A stretch of 64,000 nt of DNA, taken from positions 2,840 through 66,839 of the forward strand of contig JAQURM010000011.1 in assembly GCA_028715605.1 (NCBI GenBank), read 5' to 3'. The notes under the pieces were generated by a model. It searched no databases, was not told the DNA's origin, and was given only the letters and a program-made list of their open reading frames with translations. Position numbers and translations under genes: made by a program. The DNA is from Desulfovibrionales bacterium. Its GTDB lineage: Bacteria; Desulfobacterota; QYQD01. Position 1 is the first letter of the stretch. Each line of letters opens with the position of its first letter. Shown here one piece after another: positions 61,858-64,000 of this stretch.

Positions 61858-62881
61858 TAAGGTGACCATCTCGTTGGATGGACTCGACATTCAAAAGCCG
61901 ATAGCTCCTAGTCCAGAGGTGTTATTACGAATTGGCCTCGGACTAACAAGGGCGTGCAATCTTTCGTGTCTTTACTGCGTGACCGATGCAGGGATTGCGG
62001 GTTCAGAGATGACGATGCATGAATATGCTGACCTGCTGCAACAGGCGAGGGCACTGGGTGTAAGAACTGTAGCGCTTGTCGGTGAAGGTGAACCTCTGCT
62101 TTTTACGGCCCTCACTGAGTTATTGGATATCCTCCAGAACTTCAATATGAAGCCAATCCTATTTACGAATGGGCTCATGCTGAATGTGGACCTTGCGCAT
62201 AGATTATGGGATGCAGGCGCCAGCGTGATCCTGAAAATGAATAGTCTTGATCCGCGTATTCACGATGACCTCGTGGGCTGCGTCGGTGCGCACCATGGTG
62301 CCATGCGCGCTCTTGATATTTTGTTAGCAGCAGGGTTTTCAGATTGTGAACCTACGCGACTTGGCATCCAGACAGTAATCGTCCCAAGCAATCTGAAAAA
62401 TATTGAGGACCTATGGAGATTCTGTCGGCAAGGGAACTATTATCCCTATTTTGAGACACTCAGACGTTGCGGTCGAGCCGCGTCACGGCCCAGCTTGGTT
62501 GTTCCTAAAACAGGATTAGCGAAGTTGTTTTTGCGGTTACAGTCGATTGACCTGGAAGTTTTCGGTCTGACGTGGGATGCTCATCCGCCACACGTTGCAC
62601 ATACATGTCAGCAGCATTTCTATTCTTGCTATGTTCGAGCTGATGGCAGTGTAACCCCGTGCTCAGGCCTTTCTATTGTCCAAGGCAATGTCTGCGGTAG
62701 CTCACTTAGACACATTCTCAACCAACCTCTTTTTCAGCGCCTTCGCAAAATGCACGAGAACATTCAAGGAGCTTGTGCTATGTGTAGATTTGGGAAGGGA
62801 TGTTACGGCTGCCGTGCAAATGCATGGGCAAGCAGCGGAGACGTCTTTGGGAATGATCCGGATTGTTGGGTGAATCAATGA
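61841..62881 (+). CDS. Radical SAM enzyme with a C-terminal SPASM domain
   Basis: It has CNLSCLYC (CxxxCxxC) and a C-terminal Cys cluster, CSGLS..GNVCG..CAMCRFGKGCYGCRANA..DPDCW. The start is uncertain (TTG at 61841 or GTG at about 61861). Confidence 0.85.
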   Translation: MFSGCSKVTISLDGLDIQKPIAPSPEVLLRIGLGLTRACNLSCLYCVTDAGIAGSEMTMHEYADLLQQARALGVRTVALVGEGEPLLFTALTELLDILQNFNMKPILFTNGLMLNVDLAHRLWDAGASVILKMNSLDPRIHDDLVGCVGAHHGAMRALDILLAAGFSDCEPTRLGIQTVIVPSNLKNIEDLWRFCRQGNYYPYFETLRRCGRAASRPSLVVPKTGLAKLFLRLQSIDLEVFGLTWDAHPPHVAHTCQQHFYSCYVRADGSVTPCSGLSIVQGNVCGSSLRHILNQPLFQRLRKMHENIQGACAMCRFGKGCYGCRANAWASSGDVFGNDPDCWVNQ

Positions 62882-64000
62882 AAATTCAGCTCATTAATCC
62901 CTGTATGAATTCTGATTATGAGGAGAATTCTCGCAATGGCGTTATTCATCCTCTTGGCTTATTGTCTGTGGCCGCCTATGTTAAGCAGTGCATACCATCT
63001 GTGGAAATTGAAGTTCTCGATGGGAGCATTATGTCCAGAGAGGAAATCAACGCTAGGATCGCTGGTGACATTGTCGGATGCACGACGGGAGTATTGAATT
63101 ATGACCACACATTAGAGATTGCACGAATTGCAAGAGACGGTGGGGCAAAAATAGTATTTGGCGGTGCTCTGGCAAATGAGTTAGCGACTGCAATTCTGAC
63201 TAACCGTCCGGAAGTTGATTGGGTAGTGAGAGGGGATGGTGAACATGCAATGGCTGCGCTGGTTATGGGCGTTGCTCCAGAGTCCATCCCGAATTTGGTA
63301 TGGCGTGGAAGCTCGGGTATTGTGGTAAATGAAATGAAGCAAGTATTATTGGATGCTATTCCGATCGCTGATCGAGATCTATTAACTATCAGTCAATATT
63401 ATGAAAACTATATAGGTATTAATGTGACTGGAAAGTTCCAGCATCCAATGAGTTTCTACAGTGGGAAGGGATGCAGTTATGCCACGACACATGGGCGCTG
63501 TGTGTTCTGTGCGCGCATGGACCGCGGATTCCGGTCACGAAAGCCTGAACTTGTATGGGCAGAATTGAAATATCTTGCGGACAAGTTTGGCGCAGACGCA
63601 TTTTGGGATGTGGCGGACAGTGTCTTGAGTGATGAGGTCTGGATGCAACAGTTCGAGGCTCTAAAACCTTCAGATTTTTCTCCTCATTTCCTCATTTATG
63701 GAAGGGCGGACGCAGTTACTTCTGAGTCGGCGCAGAGATTGAGGCGGCTCAATTGTCATTTGGTCTTTATTGGTTTTGAGTCGGGAAGCGATGAAATCTT
63801 AAGCCGCGTTGGTTATGGTAAGACAATACGCCAAGCAAAAAAAGCTGCCCTACTTTTGGCAGATAATGGAATTCAGATCATGGCATCATTCGTTCTCGGA
63901 CTTCCGGGTGAAACGCAGCGTAGCATTGAGCAAACCATAGAGTTTGCACACTGGCTCGGATCACTGGGTAATTTGGAAACAGTTTCTGGGTCAGTCATTA
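62878..64000 (+). CDS. B12-binding-domain radical SAM enzyme (class B), truncated by the right edge of the window
   Basis: The ATG overlaps the upstream stop (ATGA). The N-terminal B12-binding-like part is IQLINP..HPLGLLSVAAYV..GCTTGVLNYDHTLEIARIARDGGAKIVFGG. The cluster motif is GKGCSYATTHGRCVFC. The frame is open to position 64000, and the gene is absent from the ORF track because there is no stop. Confidence 0.8.
   Translation, partial: MKIQLINPCMNSDYEENSRNGVIHPLGLLSVAAYVKQCIPSVEIEVLDGSIMSREEINARIAGDIVGCTTGVLNYDHTLEIARIARDGGAKIVFGGALANELATAILTNRPEVDWVVRGDGEHAMAALVMGVAPESIPNLVWRGSSGIVVNEMKQVLLDAIPIADRDLLTISQYYENYIGINVTGKFQHPMSFYSGKGCSYATTHGRCVFCARMDRGFRSRKPELVWAELKYLADKFGADAFWDVADSVLSDEVWMQQFEALKPSDFSPHFLIYGRADAVTSESAQRLRRLNCHLVFIGFESGSDEILSRVGYGKTIRQAKKAALLLADNGIQIMASFVLGLPGETQRSIEQTIEFAHWLGSLGNLETVSGSVI

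Noticed and set aside
1-64000. CRISPR arrays, tRNA or rRNA genes, integrases, transposases, prophage genes
   Set aside because: I scanned the intergenic regions and ORF translations. There are no regularly spaced direct repeats, no cloverleaf-like sequences and no recombinase motifs. The repeats present are palindromic REP/MITE-like elements, not CRISPR.

Overview
The window looks like a 64-kb chromosomal segment from an uncultured anaerobe. A Desulfobacterota-like origin is inferred from multihaem cytochrome, flavodiiron, MvhD-like, DivIVA/YggT and MreB genes and from dense intergenic palindromic 'word' repeats. I support about 58 protein-coding genes or gene remnants. I recognised no rRNA, tRNA, CRISPR array, transposase or integrase.

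Layout:
- 1-2.7 kb: sensory genes with recent duplication and decay. A PAS-PAS sensor carries a near-identical 360-bp tandem repeat, and a LuxR-type response regulator has a decayed chimeric paralogue.
- 2.9-6.9 kb: a Crp/Fnr-linked redox or nitrosative-stress cluster. It holds a flavodiiron protein, a secreted octahaem HAO-like cytochrome c and two small Cys-rich ORFs, one of them absent from the ORF track.
- 7.4-18.6 kb: housekeeping and miscellaneous genes.
- 18.7-31.7 kb: a defence island. It holds a type I R-M system (hsdM with an XRE HTH fusion, hsdS, an embedded RhuM/Fic gene, hsdR, a short DUF45 peptidase), a 1532-aa STAND-type NTPase with a DUF4297/Cap4-like N-terminal nuclease, and an orphan AbiEi antitoxin. 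The island ends at a 42-bp diverged duplicate of the sbcD 5' end.
- 31.7-36.6 kb: canonical sbcDC.
- 36.9-42.8 kb: a GalT-like HIT enzyme, a DHH phosphoesterase and three tandem GlgC paralogues.
- 43.6-55.6 kb: two-component, cell-shape and division genes.
- 55.7-56.3 kb: a RelE/AbrB toxin-antitoxin (TA) pair.
- 56.8 kb to the right edge: a visibly AT-richer operon. It holds NitT/TauT-type ABC transporter genes interrupted by an 809-aa metallophosphoesterase of unknown C-terminal function, a radical-SAM/SPASM enzyme and a B12-binding radical-SAM enzyme (truncated by the window).

The best candidates for something new are the STAND nuclease-NTPase gene (26225-30823) and the metallophosphoesterase/ABC/radical-SAM operon.

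All family calls rest on motif recognition by eye. No database search or alignment program was run.
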